This document shows, piece by piece, positions 1 through 8,694 of a stretch of 64,000 nucleotides of DNA. The notes below the pieces were generated by a model, which was not told the origin of the DNA, searched no databases, and saw nothing but the letters and a program-made list of their open reading frames with translations. Each line of letters begins with the position of its first letter. Within the stretch, counting starts at the first letter, position 1. The position numbers and the translations under genes were made by a program. Source of the stretch: a virus (Duplodnaviria > Caudoviricetes); IMG/VR virus record IMGVR_UViG_3300042935_001404; one strand, given 5' to 3'.

Positions 1-17
1 GTGTTACAACAATAGCA

Positions 18-797
18 ATGAATTACCCAGGTGGTGGCGAAGGAAATGTATTGATTGCTGTAGGTAATAACGCAACTACAGTAAACTACTGGCTCTTTGA
101 CAATACCGGTAATTTAAGATTACCGGGCAATACTTTCGCAGTTAACTATGCTAATGGTACAGCAGTTAGTTTAGGTGGTAGTTATGGCAATGCCAATGTG
201 GCCACATTCTTGGCCGCATATGGTAGCAATACAATCAGCACCTCGGGCAATGTTACAGCCGGTAACTTGATTGGCAACATTTCAATCACCGGCAATGTTG
301 TGGGCACACAACCAAATGTGACCTTGGTGGCTGGCAGTTATTCAACTGTGTTTGACAACACAGGCAATCTTACACTACCTGGCAATACATTTGCTGTGAA
401 CTATGCCAACAACACACCAGTGGATGTTGTCACAAGGGCCGAAGGCACTTGGACGGTGACTGCAGGCAACAACAACTACAGTTTCACAGTGCCAATCAAC
501 AACACGTATCAACTATGGATCAACGGCAACATACCCAACGGTATTATAGTCTACAATGCCACGGTCGGTGTGTCCAATACCAACGTGCCAGTGATAGGTC
601 AACAGTTTGCCTGGAACTATGAAGGCGGTGGCAACATACTGATGTTTACCAGCATCCCTGCTCAAATCATAGGCACAGCCGGTGCTATCAGCAATGCCTC
701 TCCTGCTGTGGCCAATACCAATGTGTTCTCTTTTGGTATCAACAACACTTCTGGATCAAATCAAACTGTGAGTTACGGTTGGATCCAAATTAGTTAA
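18..797 (+). CDS. Tail fibre / virion structural protein, C-terminal part (frame is open upstream of the window)
   Basis: G/N/T-rich beta-strand composition; two copies of FDNTGNLxLPGNTFAVNYAN; no stop in frame before position 18. Confidence 0.6.
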   Translation: MNYPGGGEGNVLIAVGNNATTVNYWLFDNTGNLRLPGNTFAVNYANGTAVSLGGSYGNANVATFLAAYGSNTISTSGNVTAGNLIGNISITGNVVGTQPNVTLVAGSYSTVFDNTGNLTLPGNTFAVNYANNTPVDVVTRAEGTWTVTAGNNNYSFTVPINNTYQLWINGNIPNGIIVYNATVGVSNTNVPVIGQQFAWNYEGGGNILMFTSIPAQIIGTAGAISNASPAVANTNVFSFGINNTSGSNQTVSYGWIQIS

Positions 798-807
798 TGA
801 ATCAACC

Positions 808-1533
808 ATGATCATATCGGGTGTAACAATAAAAGGATTTAATGTGTATGACGCATCGTTTAATTCAACGGGTGCGCTACTGTATTTAGATCCAGGAAAC
901 ACTGCCAGTTATCCTGGGTCTGGAACCACATGGACTGACCTGTCAGGCAACAACAACACAGCCACCTTGGTTGGTAGTCCAACTTGGACCAGTGCTGGCG
1001 CAGCCAGTTACTTCAGTCTCAACGGCACCGGGTCACAGTATGCGTCCACTGTCTCTAACAAATACAATCAAACCTACACTGGCAAAACTGTCATGGCGGC
1101 CATAAGAATCAATGCCAGTGCTTGGACTCCCGGAGTTGATTTTTACCGGGGGATATTTGGCACAAACACTGGCCTTAGAAATTTCAACACTTACATACAT
1201 CACGATGTTTCGAACAATTTACAAATACATTACAGTTCAAACACTTTCGGTGGACTCAGTAACAATGTGTCAATTCCCGCAGACACCTGGGCCATTGTTG
1301 CTGTGACACAGACCACTGGCGGTGTAGTGACTTTCTATCTCAACGGACAAGCGGTAGGAACTGTGGCCGGACAGACATTTGCTCAGTATCAAAGTAGTTC
1401 AACTGAAAACGTAGGTCGACTCGACAACTTCTGGTATGGTGACATTGGTGTCACTGCGGTATATGGACGAGCATTAAATGCTGACCAAATAAAACAGAAC
1501 TACAATGCTCTAGCACTTGACTACGGATTATAA
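808..1533 (+). CDS. LamG / concanavalin A-like lectin-domain virion protein
   Basis: LYLDPGNTASYPGSGTTWTDLSG N-terminus, W-x-x-V-A-V-T, FYLNG and YGRALNADQIKQNYNA, typical of T4-like phage LamG proteins. Confidence 0.8.
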   Translation: MIISGVTIKGFNVYDASFNSTGALLYLDPGNTASYPGSGTTWTDLSGNNNTATLVGSPTWTSAGAASYFSLNGTGSQYASTVSNKYNQTYTGKTVMAAIRINASAWTPGVDFYRGIFGTNTGLRNFNTYIHHDVSNNLQIHYSSNTFGGLSNNVSIPADTWAIVAVTQTTGGVVTFYLNGQAVGTVAGQTFAQYQSSSTENVGRLDNFWYGDIGVTAVYGRALNADQIKQNYNALALDYGL

Positions 1534-1542
1534 GCCAAAAGA

Positions 1543-1564
1543 AAAGCCACTGTGAAGTGGCTTT
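1543..1564. terminator. Bidirectional intrinsic terminator between convergent genes
   Basis: Stem AAAGCCACT / loop GTGA / AGTGGCTTT. Confidence 0.75.
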
Positions 1565-1587
1565 CTATTAGATAGACTCAGAGTCTA

Positions 1588-1818
1588 TTAGGCTTTGTTG
1601 AAACTCCAATACAGCACTGCCACTGCAACCAAGCCAACTAGGCCTTGACTACCAAGTGATGCAACTATTTTGGTAATGTTAGTGATCACATCCAATCCCA
1701 AGAATGGTACTGCGGCGCCAAATAAAATTTGGAGAACCACTGTGACTGCAATTAGTTTGATACCAATTGAAGTGATGTTACTAACAAGATTTCCTGCTAC
1801 TGTGAATGCTTTGTCCAT
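1588..1818 (-). CDS. Small membrane protein (2-3 TM)
   Basis: Hydrophobic 76 aa; AAAGGAG RBS and TAAATA late-promoter motif upstream. Confidence 0.7.
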   Translation of the reverse strand: MDKAFTVAGNLVSNITSIGIKLIAVTVVLQILFGAAVPFLGLDVITNITKIVASLGSQGLVGLVAVAVLYWSFNKA

Positions 1819-1909
1819 TTAATAGACTCCTTTAAGTTAACAAGCCTGACGGGCCCGTACATTTATTTAAGGAACGGTCAACAAAACAGGGCCAATTAGG
1901 CCCAGTAAT

Positions 1910-1942
1910 CGGTCACTTTTGTCATTATACAGGGTTATTTCG
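1910..1942. repeat. 33-bp direct repeat, copy 1 (contains TATAAT on minus strand)
   Basis: CGGTCACTTTTGTCATTATACAGGGTTATTTCG; 31/33 identical to 3246-3278. Confidence 0.9.
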
Positions 1943-3169
1943 TCACAAGTACACCCAGTGAGGTTCAAGTATGGTCCACCACTCGGGAAAAGTCTTACTA
2001 AAACTTTGATCCCGCAATTGATCTAGTTTTGTGGTAGCACGGCAAAACTTGGGCCACTCAACGTCGCAACCGGGAATGGTCTTTGATAGGAAACTTTTGA
2101 TCTTTTGATCTTTTATACTATTGATTAACAGAGTCTTAACCGGGACAGGCAGGTGCCTAATATCATATTCAGGTGTGGTCACAATGTTTATGTTCACCGC
2201 AATGCCAAGGATTCGGTTAATGCTTTCCACAATTTGATCCACATAAAATACATTGAGTGGGGTTATGGTCAATGAAATTCTAACAGTAACATTGCTATGT
2301 GGTCGGAACAATTCCACAAATCTTTTTGTATTTGCAATAGTCGACTCAAAATCACCTTTGTGCCTGATGTATTCAAATTGCTCCGATTGCATGCTATCTA
2401 TGCTGATGTTAAATCCCACCTGCTTGTAGTGTGTCAGTATTTTAACGTATTGCTCGTTGAGAATTGACGCATTGGTATGGAGATTCAAGGCCACATTCTT
2501 TGCCACGTCAGTGGTGACACCATGCTCTAGTACATCAAACATGGCCGGAACCAAGAAGGGCTCGCCACCGTAGATGTCGATGTATTCAAAATTTCCAATC
2601 CATTCTTTTAATGTGGGCCAAAATTCTTCATTGTTGCGACCAAAACTGTTGCGTATGGTTTCAAATGTCCGAGTGTATTCATTAAAAGTCAACGTGGTAG
2701 CCTGCCCAGTTTGATCTTCACTGTACCAACTGCTACTGCCAAGATCCGATTTTTCTAATTCATGACCATCACTGTACCAACTGCTACTGGTCATGGGGTT
2801 ACACATTCTGCAGGCAAAGTTACAGGTGTTGCCGGGTTTGATCACCAACACACGAGGTTGTGTTTTTATTGCTTCCAAGTGACCAAACTTTCGGTTGTAT
2901 TCCATTCTTGCCGATGTCCTACCAACGTCTTCTAAATCCCAACACGTCTGGCAACTGGCATGACGGATGCCGTGGTCCAGTGCCGTGGCAATCAATTTGC
3001 GGGTGTAACTTTTGAAGGCTGTTTTTAAAGGATGACTGTAAACACGTATAACTTCGTGGGAGTTATCTTTCCAACTTTCCTTGTTGAGATTACAACAACA
3101 ATAATCTGCGTTGTTTTGCAACGCCATACCCATGTGAGTCATTACGCAATAAGTGTTTGATTTTTCCAT
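1943..3169 (-). CDS. Radical SAM protein with N-terminal Cys-rich (SPASM/twitch-like) region
   Basis: GNTCNFACRMC (CxxxCxxC), YGGEPF, N-terminal CC...CQTC. Confidence 0.9.
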   Translation of the reverse strand: MEKSNTYCVMTHMGMALQNNADYCCCNLNKESWKDNSHEVIRVYSHPLKTAFKSYTRKLIATALDHGIRHASCQTCWDLEDVGRTSARMEYNRKFGHLEAIKTQPRVLVIKPGNTCNFACRMCNPMTSSSWYSDGHELEKSDLGSSSWYSEDQTGQATTLTFNEYTRTFETIRNSFGRNNEEFWPTLKEWIGNFEYIDIYGGEPFLVPAMFDVLEHGVTTDVAKNVALNLHTNASILNEQYVKILTHYKQVGFNISIDSMQSEQFEYIRHKGDFESTIANTKRFVELFRPHSNVTVRISLTITPLNVFYVDQIVESINRILGIAVNINIVTTPEYDIRHLPVPVKTLLINSIKDQKIKSFLSKTIPGCDVEWPKFCRATTKLDQLRDQSFSKTFPEWWTILEPHWVYL

Positions 3170-3184
3170 GCAGTATTTAACGAG

Positions 3185-3206
3185 AAACCACCCGGTGGGG
3201 TGGTTT
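3185..3206. terminator. Intrinsic terminator hairpin upstream of radical SAM gene
   Basis: AAACCACCC / GGTG / GGGTGGTTT. Confidence 0.65.
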
Positions 3207-3245
3207 TATACTAAACCTTTAGTGTGTCGACAATCACCACGGAAC

Positions 3246-3278
3246 CGGTGACTTTTGTCATTATACAGGATTATTTCG
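3246..3278. repeat. 33-bp direct repeat, copy 2
   Basis: CGGTGACTTTTGTCATTATACAGGATTATTTCG; overlaps stop of 3271..3477. Confidence 0.9.
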
Positions 3279-3477
3279 GCATGCTGTTTATAAAAGCATT
3301 CATCATGGCAATGGCCTGTTTCACAGCATCCTCGGTCGACGGCTGTTGAACGCACCCGGCTTTGACACCCTGCACTTGCCATTCTTTGGCAGAGGTTTGG
3401 CAGGCCTGTTGTGTTGCGAATGTCCCAACCGGAGCAGGTGCGGTGTTGATTGCAGTGACCAATAGTAATGTCCACAT
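3271..3477 (-). CDS. Small exported protein with two Cys
   Basis: MWTLLLV hydrophobic start, GTFATQQAC...AGCV; coupled to upstream gene. Confidence 0.6.
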   Translation of the reverse strand: MWTLLLVTAINTAPAPVGTFATQQACQTSAKEWQVQGVKAGCVQQPSTEDAVKQAIAMMNAFINSMPK

Positions 3478-3830
3478 TATGCTGTTTCCTTGATGTGCTT
3501 ACATGCGCCACGATATTTGTGCCCGGGACAGGAGCACGTGACCTGACCATTCAGTTCTGTCACAGTGTATTCAGCACCTTTTGACCCTGCTACAGTCCAT
3601 GAGCGGCCTTCGGGTTCTGCCGCTTGGCCCGGCTCATATCCCCAGGAATTCGGCACTTCCCGAAACTTGCGGCCACGTGTGTAAAAACTGATTGGGTGGG
3701 CAAACTGTTTGATTCGAACAGAACCGTGTTGCAAGTATGCAAACATCTTGTCGCGGCTGTCGTTTAAAAAGTACACATGATTGGGGCTGTCCGTGTTACC
3801 CCAATCTGTAGTTTCCTGCAGAACTTTCAT
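3477..3830 (-). CDS. SWIM zinc-finger protein
   Basis: YTVTE...CSCPGHKYRGACKH (CxC-x7-CxH); start MKVLQ at 3830 overlaps upstream stop (ATGA). Confidence 0.8.
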   Translation of the reverse strand: MKVLQETTDWGNTDSPNHVYFLNDSRDKMFAYLQHGSVRIKQFAHPISFYTRGRKFREVPNSWGYEPGQAAEPEGRSWTVAGSKGAEYTVTELNGQVTCSCPGHKYRGACKHIKETA

Positions 3831-3958
3831 CGTGACCGAATCCACTCGCCTGCACGAGACAGGTCTTGACCTGCACCACTCACAGCGCCACCCATGGTGC
3901 CGCAACCTGACACAGTGATCAGCACCATGCTCAACAAAAGATATTGCAGTTTAGTCAT
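3827..3958 (-). CDS. Entericidin-like small lipoprotein (43 aa, not in ORF track)
   Basis: My translation MTKLQYLLLSMVLITVSGCGTMGGAVSGAGQDLSRAGEWIRSR; lipobox VSGC; AAGGAG RBS. Confidence 0.7.
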   Translation of the reverse strand: MTKLQYLLLSMVLITVSGCGTMGGAVSGAGQDLSRAGEWIRSR

Positions 3959-3968
3959 TGTGTTCTCC

Positions 3969-4130
3969 TTAGGAATTCACAGTTTGGAAAGGGCTGTGTT
4001 CTTCTTCTGGGTCAGCAGTTTCGTAAACCCAGTTCACAGGAATTTCCAACAGTCGAGCCACTGTCACAGGCAAGTAGCCTGCTTCCAGCATGTCAGAAAT
4101 TTCCACAGTTAAATCGCTCATCTTGCTCAT
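3969..4130 (-). CDS. Small hypothetical protein, possible HTH
   Basis: LPVTVARLLEIPVNWVY; start reassigned to MSKMSDL. Confidence 0.55.
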   Translation of the reverse strand: MSKMSDLTVEISDMLEAGYLPVTVARLLEIPVNWVYETADPEEEHSPFQTVNS

Positions 4131-4131
4131 A

Positions 4132-4356
4132 TCAGTTCCAATCTTTCTTATCACCAAACTGTTCATTATCGTTAAAGCCTGCGGTGTAGGCCGCAATCTC
4201 TTCTACTGTCATATCTTTTTTCTCAACACGCAGGCTAGTGCTGGTACCAGCCACATAGTAATGAGGGTTATGGCCTCGGCTATAGTACGAATCGGCTGAG
4301 CCACGGTCGTAAGCACCACCATGGCGTGTGTTGTGTTGTGTTTTTTCTGCAATCAT
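4132..4356 (-). CDS. Conserved phage hypothetical protein (HGGAYDRGSADSYY motif)
   Basis: ORF track; start reassigned to MIAEK after AAGGA RBS. Confidence 0.65.
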   Translation of the reverse strand: MIAEKTQHNTRHGGAYDRGSADSYYSRGHNPHYYVAGTSTSLRVEKKDMTVEEIAAYTAGFNDNEQFGDKKDWN

Positions 4357-4369
4357 TTCTGTGTCCTTG

Positions 4370-4735
4370 TTACGCAAAATATCTGTAGGGCAAGCCCAGG
4401 GTCCAAGCAAGGTAGTCTTCATCACCGTTTGTGTCTTCGGCTTCGTGGATCCAACGCATGGCCATTTCTAAATCTTTGGCACCCAGTGTCAGCATCTCTG
4501 CTACACGACGTTCAAAAGCTTCGGTGGCCTGAGCTTCGGCTGTTTTGCGTTCTTGTTCTGCCGAATCAATTGCTACACCGAGTCCTTCAAACTCTGCATC
4601 AAACTGCTCAAGAGTCCAGGTACTGGTATCAATACCACGGGGACGGAAACCGTAGGCATCCTTGTACATGTCCCAGTAGGTGGCCTGCGCCTGTTCCAAC
4701 TGTGTCAACTCTTCCCAACTTTTAAACTGTTCCAT
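4370..4735 (-). CDS. Early hypothetical protein (YWDMYKDAYGFRPR motif)
   Basis: ORF track; AAGGAG RBS and sigma70 promoter at 4766-4794 place the start at MEQFK. Confidence 0.7.
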   Translation of the reverse strand: MEQFKSWEELTQLEQAQATYWDMYKDAYGFRPRGIDTSTWTLEQFDAEFEGLGVAIDSAEQERKTAEAQATEAFERRVAEMLTLGAKDLEMAMRWIHEAEDTNGDEDYLAWTLGLPYRYFA

Positions 4736-4765
4736 TTCCGTCTCCTTATTTCTTACTATGTTCAT

Positions 4766-4794
4766 ATTATAGCAAATCGGCAATTTCGAGTCAA
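4766..4794 (-). promoter_or_regulatory. Early sigma70-type promoter
   Basis: TTGACT-17-TATAAT. Confidence 0.85.
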
Positions 4795-5066
4795 CCAAAT
4801 TCGTACATGTGTTGAGCCATTGCGGGATCCAATTTAATCAAATCCTTTGCGGCCGCAGTCAACTCACGATAGCGACGGTTGACCACTGCACGAGGCAGTT
4901 CACCATCACAGCTCAAGTTTTCGGGGCTCAAGTCCGAATCAATCATGCCTGCCACACGCAGACGGCCTGCGGCAGTGGTAACTTCGTACAGGGCTTCTGT
5001 GCGTTGGCCGCGGAACAGGGCTTGGTATTTGTTCTTGTTGTCAATGTAGGTTTGCAGTGCTTTCAT
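4791..5066 (-). CDS. Early hypothetical protein
   Basis: ORF with AGGAG RBS and own promoter. Confidence 0.7.
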   Translation of the reverse strand: MKALQTYIDNKNKYQALFRGQRTEALYEVTTAAGRLRVAGMIDSDLSPENLSCDGELPRAVVNRRYRELTAAAKDLIKLDPAMAQHMYEFG

Positions 5067-5097
5067 TTACGACTCCTTTTTTGTTAAACTATGCTAT

Positions 5098-5126
5098 ATT
5101 ATAGCAAATGGGGAATTTTTGGTCAA
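5098..5126 (-). promoter_or_regulatory. Early sigma70-type promoter
   Basis: TTGACC-17-TATAAT. Confidence 0.85.
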
Positions 5127-5142
5127 ATGCCAAGTGTTGCGT

Positions 5143-5481
5143 TTACGCAACACCACGTACATCAGTGTTAAGGTTGGGCTTCATAGTACGGATCAAATCA
5201 CGTTCAAAATTGTGTGCTTCTGTTTTGCCACGCACCACAGCCACAACACGAACAGTGAATGAATCAGTACCACGTTCACGCATGGTCTCATAAAGCATCC
5301 ATGATTTGTCTTCCGAGCGCATGCGGTACATGTGCTTGTTGCAACGAACCAACACGCTCTTCTTCACAGTGCTCATTGTCTTGGCAGTGACGCCAATGTA
5401 GAAGTCTGTGCCGCTTTCAATCATGTAAATGATGTGAGTACGGTCGGTGCGTTTTTTACGTGATTGCTTTTTTAAGTTCAT
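5143..5481 (-). CDS. Stand-alone GIY-YIG endonuclease domain protein
   Basis: HIIYMI...FYIGVT...R..H...E...I...PNLN. Confidence 0.8.
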   Translation of the reverse strand: MNLKKQSRKKRTDRTHIIYMIESGTDFYIGVTAKTMSTVKKSVLVRCNKHMYRMRSEDKSWMLYETMRERGTDSFTVRVVAVVRGKTEAHNFERDLIRTMKPNLNTDVRGVA

Positions 5482-5486
5482 AGTGT

Positions 5487-5515
5487 ATTATAGCAAATCG
5501 GGAATTTTGGGTCAA
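5487..5515 (-). promoter_or_regulatory. Early sigma70-type promoter
   Basis: TTGACC-17-TATAAT, 5 nt from the ATG. Confidence 0.85.
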
Positions 5516-5628
5516 CTGGTATTTTGTGGTAAAAACGCCACAAAAAAAGGTAATACTTGAGTATTACCCGGGGATTATCGATAATATTATTGGTTATTTT
5601 TAATGATTATCTGTCATATTATATTTCT

Positions 5629-6051
5629 TTATTGATAAATCCAACCTAAATTTAGTGTATTGTGCATCCATGTAAACACAGGCACAGAAAACTCCAATTG
5701 ATAAACACCGTTCCACCCCAAGTAACCTTGCCCAGTCAATGGAGATGCTTTATTAGGGTAGTGTGGGGGATAATCGGGATAGTATATTCCTGCCCATATA
5801 AACTTCGGATCCGTTATTCCAAAGAAACCGATTTCTTTAACAATCACCGCAGTAGAAATATCGTTGTCATCTTTTTTAAAGTGTTCAACTTTTAAACAAC
5901 ACTGGCCTGTTTTTGCAACAAAATCAAAATCAAAATCAGTTGTTTCTGTTAACTGTTGGATTCTTCCCCGGCCATCTACATCTACCTCAACCCAGGGCTC
6001 ACCCACAGGTTCAAGTGTCACACGCATTGTTACCGGGTACTCAGTAGCCAT
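5629..6051 (-). CDS. Hypothetical protein coupled to radical SAM gene
   Basis: 140-aa ORF overlapping stop of 6041..7393. Confidence 0.7.
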   Translation of the reverse strand: MATEYPVTMRVTLEPVGEPWVEVDVDGRGRIQQLTETTDFDFDFVAKTGQCCLKVEHFKKDDNDISTAVIVKEIGFFGITDPKFIWAGIYYPDYPPHYPNKASPLTGQGYLGWNGVYQLEFSVPVFTWMHNTLNLGWIYQ

Positions 6052-7393
6052 GCAGATCCAATATATCAGTTAATTCTGGGTACAATGATCTAGCATCGTA
6101 ACCGTATAGATTGTCCCAACGTCGGCACCAGGCAACCATGTCCTTTAAATGCTGTTCACTATTGGGCAACTGATCCTGTGTCAAAATGTTTAAGCATTGA
6201 TCAATCTGACTTAAAATTGTGCGCGGCAATTGGTTGATGTCGCTTTCGTTATAGTCCACAGTATAGTCGTTGGTTAAGTTGTATTCGTGTATTAAGTTTT
6301 TATAATTGTCAATGTACAGATGCCGCACAGCCAATGGCAATATCATTGGATTTAAAAAAATTGGATTTGTTACATTTAAATTTTTTACATTTATTTTATT
6401 GTCAAGGCAGTAACGCAACAAGGTATGATAAGAGCCAATGGTCAATGTACTGATAGCCGGTCTGGCTGTCACAGTTATATTTGATCTGTTGCAATGTGCA
6501 AGATATTGTTGTATATTTTTCAGTACCAACTGAGTATCAGTGCCCTGTCTCTGGTACGAGTTATGTTCGGTAATAGTTTCAATGCTTACTTCAATTCCCA
6601 CACGGTTAAATTTCTTTAACTTGTTGATCAAACTTTCATTGAATATGGTTCCGTTTGATACAAAACTAAAGTTTAAATCCGTGCGGCCATGTAGAATCAT
6701 ATGGTCAACAAACTCTTCAAATCTTGGTGTTAATAATGTCTCGCCGCCCATGAAATGAACATTATTGAGATCTTTTATATTGACCAGTTCGTTGAGCACA
6801 CGAGTCCATACTGCTTTGTCACGAGTCCAGTCTGTTCCTACATATTGCTGTGCATTTGCATTTCCCCATTTAACTTCTTGCGCGGCAATAGTGCTACTGG
6901 CTTGAGGATGGCACATCTTACAAGCCAGGTTGCAATAGTTTCCCAAGTCAATGTGTAAGTCTATGGGCATTCCATCATAATCACCGTTGTTATTTTTACT
7001 AGATTCAAATTTATCGTAGCCAGGACTTTGCTCGTAACTGTTGGAGAAATTTGTTTTGGTAAAAATAACGCTCTTTTGATTGCATTTATGTCTGCGACTG
7101 GTGCCACTGATTCCTTGCTGATAGTAACAACGACTACAAAAACTGACTGGTGAATCACTAAACATTGCCAGTCGAGCTTGCCGCATAGGTTCACTGTTAA
7201 ACCATTCAGCAATGGTCATTTGAGAGACGTTATAAGTTTTGCCTAAATTGTCCGGGTACAGTTTGTGTGATTCTTGGCAACAAAAACCTAGACTACCATC
7301 CCAGTAGATCTGTAGTTCATACCAGGGACTAGTGCAAAAAATATTTTTATTAGGCACGTTTTTCAATAATTTTATCAGCAAGTCCAAAATCAA
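6041..7393 (-). CDS. Radical SAM/SPASM-twitch protein (true start may be GTG at 7357)
   Basis: CTSPW...CC...CSRC; [11 protein letters not shown]; MGGETL. Confidence 0.9.
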   Translation of the reverse strand: MILDLLIKLLKNVPNKNIFCTSPWYELQIYWDGSLGFCCQESHKLYPDNLGKTYNVSQMTIAEWFNSEPMRQARLAMFSDSPVSFCSRCYYQQGISGTSRRHKCNQKSVIFTKTNFSNSYEQSPGYDKFESSKNNNGDYDGMPIDLHIDLGNYCNLACKMCHPQASSTIAAQEVKWGNANAQQYVGTDWTRDKAVWTRVLNELVNIKDLNNVHFMGGETLLTPRFEEFVDHMILHGRTDLNFSFVSNGTIFNESLINKLKKFNRVGIEVSIETITEHNSYQRQGTDTQLVLKNIQQYLAHCNRSNITVTARPAISTLTIGSYHTLLRYCLDNKINVKNLNVTNPIFLNPMILPLAVRHLYIDNYKNLIHEYNLTNDYTVDYNESDINQLPRTILSQIDQCLNILTQDQLPNSEQHLKDMVAWCRRWDNLYGYDARSLYPELTDILDLHGY

Positions 7394-7973
7394 CTGCTTG
7401 CTGTGCGCTTAAGAATGTATCAAACTTCATAGTTTCATACAGTTCTTCATAGGTCTTGTTGGCGGTGTTGTGCTTGACATACAGTTCGGTTAGACGTTTA
7501 TTTATCCGTACGCTTTCTTCAAACGCACGTTTGCTATCTTCAAACTGCAAGTCCTGCACATGTACAGATCCACGTGTGCCTGGGGTGCCGGAACTCACAC
7601 GATGAATCATTGTACGTGCTTCTGGAAGTACCATGCGTTTGCCAACAGCGCCGGCCTGTGCCAACATTGATCCCATGCTGGCGGCCTGGCCCAATACAAT
7701 GGTCTGCACATCGCATTTGATAAACTGCATGGTATCATAAATGGCCAGGCCTGCTGTAACAGCGCCACCAGGTGAGTTGATATAGAACGAAATATCTTTG
7801 TCAGGGTTTTCACTTTCCAAGAACAGCATCTGCGCCACAATCAAACTGGCTGAATGTTCGCTGACTTCTGTGTCCAACATGATCACACGGTCACGAAGCA
7901 AGCGGCTGTAGATATCGTAACTACGCTCGCCTTTGGCAGTTTGTTCTAGAACAATCGGTACTAAATTAGGCAT
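7350..7973 (-). CDS. clpP: ATP-dependent Clp protease proteolytic subunit, paralog 1
   Basis: [27 protein letters not shown] (Ser), MIHR (His), [16 protein letters not shown]. Confidence 0.95.
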   Translation of the reverse strand: MPNLVPIVLEQTAKGERSYDIYSRLLRDRVIMLDTEVSEHSASLIVAQMLFLESENPDKDISFYINSPGGAVTAGLAIYDTMQFIKCDVQTIVLGQAASMGSMLAQAGAVGKRMVLPEARTMIHRVSSGTPGTRGSVHVQDLQFEDSKRAFEESVRINKRLTELYVKHNTANKTYEELYETMKFDTFLSAQQAVDFGLADKIIEKRA

Positions 7974-8011
7974 GGAATTTCCTTGTTATGCATGGGTGTG
8001 TAATATAAGTA

Positions 8012-8040
8012 AGTATAACACATAAAGTGATTGTATGCAA
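8012..8040 (-). promoter_or_regulatory. sigma70-type promoter for clpP1
   Basis: TTGCAT-17-TATACT, overlapping start of the divergent gene. Confidence 0.55.
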
Positions 8041-8694
8041 GATATTAAGTTTGAAATTTTTCCAGAAGACTATGCCTATTCCCGGGTTCAGACAACTTTT
8101 CCGTGGAGCCGAACAGAGTTAATAGCAGACTTTGAACAGGAGGATTGGAAACCATACGGAGCCGAAACTGCTGTTAAACACGACGCTTGGACTGGCAAAC
8201 GGTTTAAAGTGCATCGTCCCCGAAGCTCTAAGTTGCAACAAATTTCTCAATTCTTCAGGCAGGATTCTGTAAAAGATTACGTCATTGAATGCCTGTATCG
8301 AGACAAACCTATCTTACAAATAAACTGGCAAATGTATCCTTGGCGCATGAGCACCAATACTGTGTTACATGCAGAATTTACAAAAGATTTGCCAGGCTTT
8401 GAAAACGGTATTCACTGCGACATGCGACGACTAGTAGGAACTGGTATGATATATCTGGCCGAGGGTGACGATCCAGCCTCAGCCAGTTGCTTTTATGATC
8501 ATCCAGATCGTCACAACCCTCGTCGTGTCACCACCGGCTACGGCGCAGGGTGGGTACACAGCAACGATTGGAATACCTGGCACGATGGTTGGAATCGCAC
8601 TGACAAAACACGCTATAGTATCTTGTTGGCTCTTACTTTGAAACTGGAGAATCAACCACAAGCAACTGATCAAGCGGTGCAAACCACGGTGTAA
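8035..8694 (+). CDS. Putative 2OG-Fe(II) oxygenase
   Basis: HxD (IHCD), later WHDG and R-x-S (RYSIL) typical of the DSBH fold. Confidence 0.65.
   Translation: MQDIKFEIFPEDYAYSRVQTTFPWSRTELIADFEQEDWKPYGAETAVKHDAWTGKRFKVHRPRSSKLQQISQFFRQDSVKDYVIECLYRDKPILQINWQMYPWRMSTNTVLHAEFTKDLPGFENGIHCDMRRLVGTGMIYLAEGDDPASASCFYDHPDRHNPRRVTTGYGAGWVHSNDWNTWHDGWNRTDKTRYSILLALTLKLENQPQATDQAVQTTV

Noticed and set aside
90-420. Duplicated fibre segments as DGR template/variable repeats
   Set aside because: Both copies are in-frame in one gene, differences are synonymous and not adenine-specific, and no reverse transcriptase is present
5143-5481. GIY-YIG gene as an intron-encoded homing endonuclease
   Set aside because: It is free-standing with its own promoter, interrupts no gene and is a single short domain
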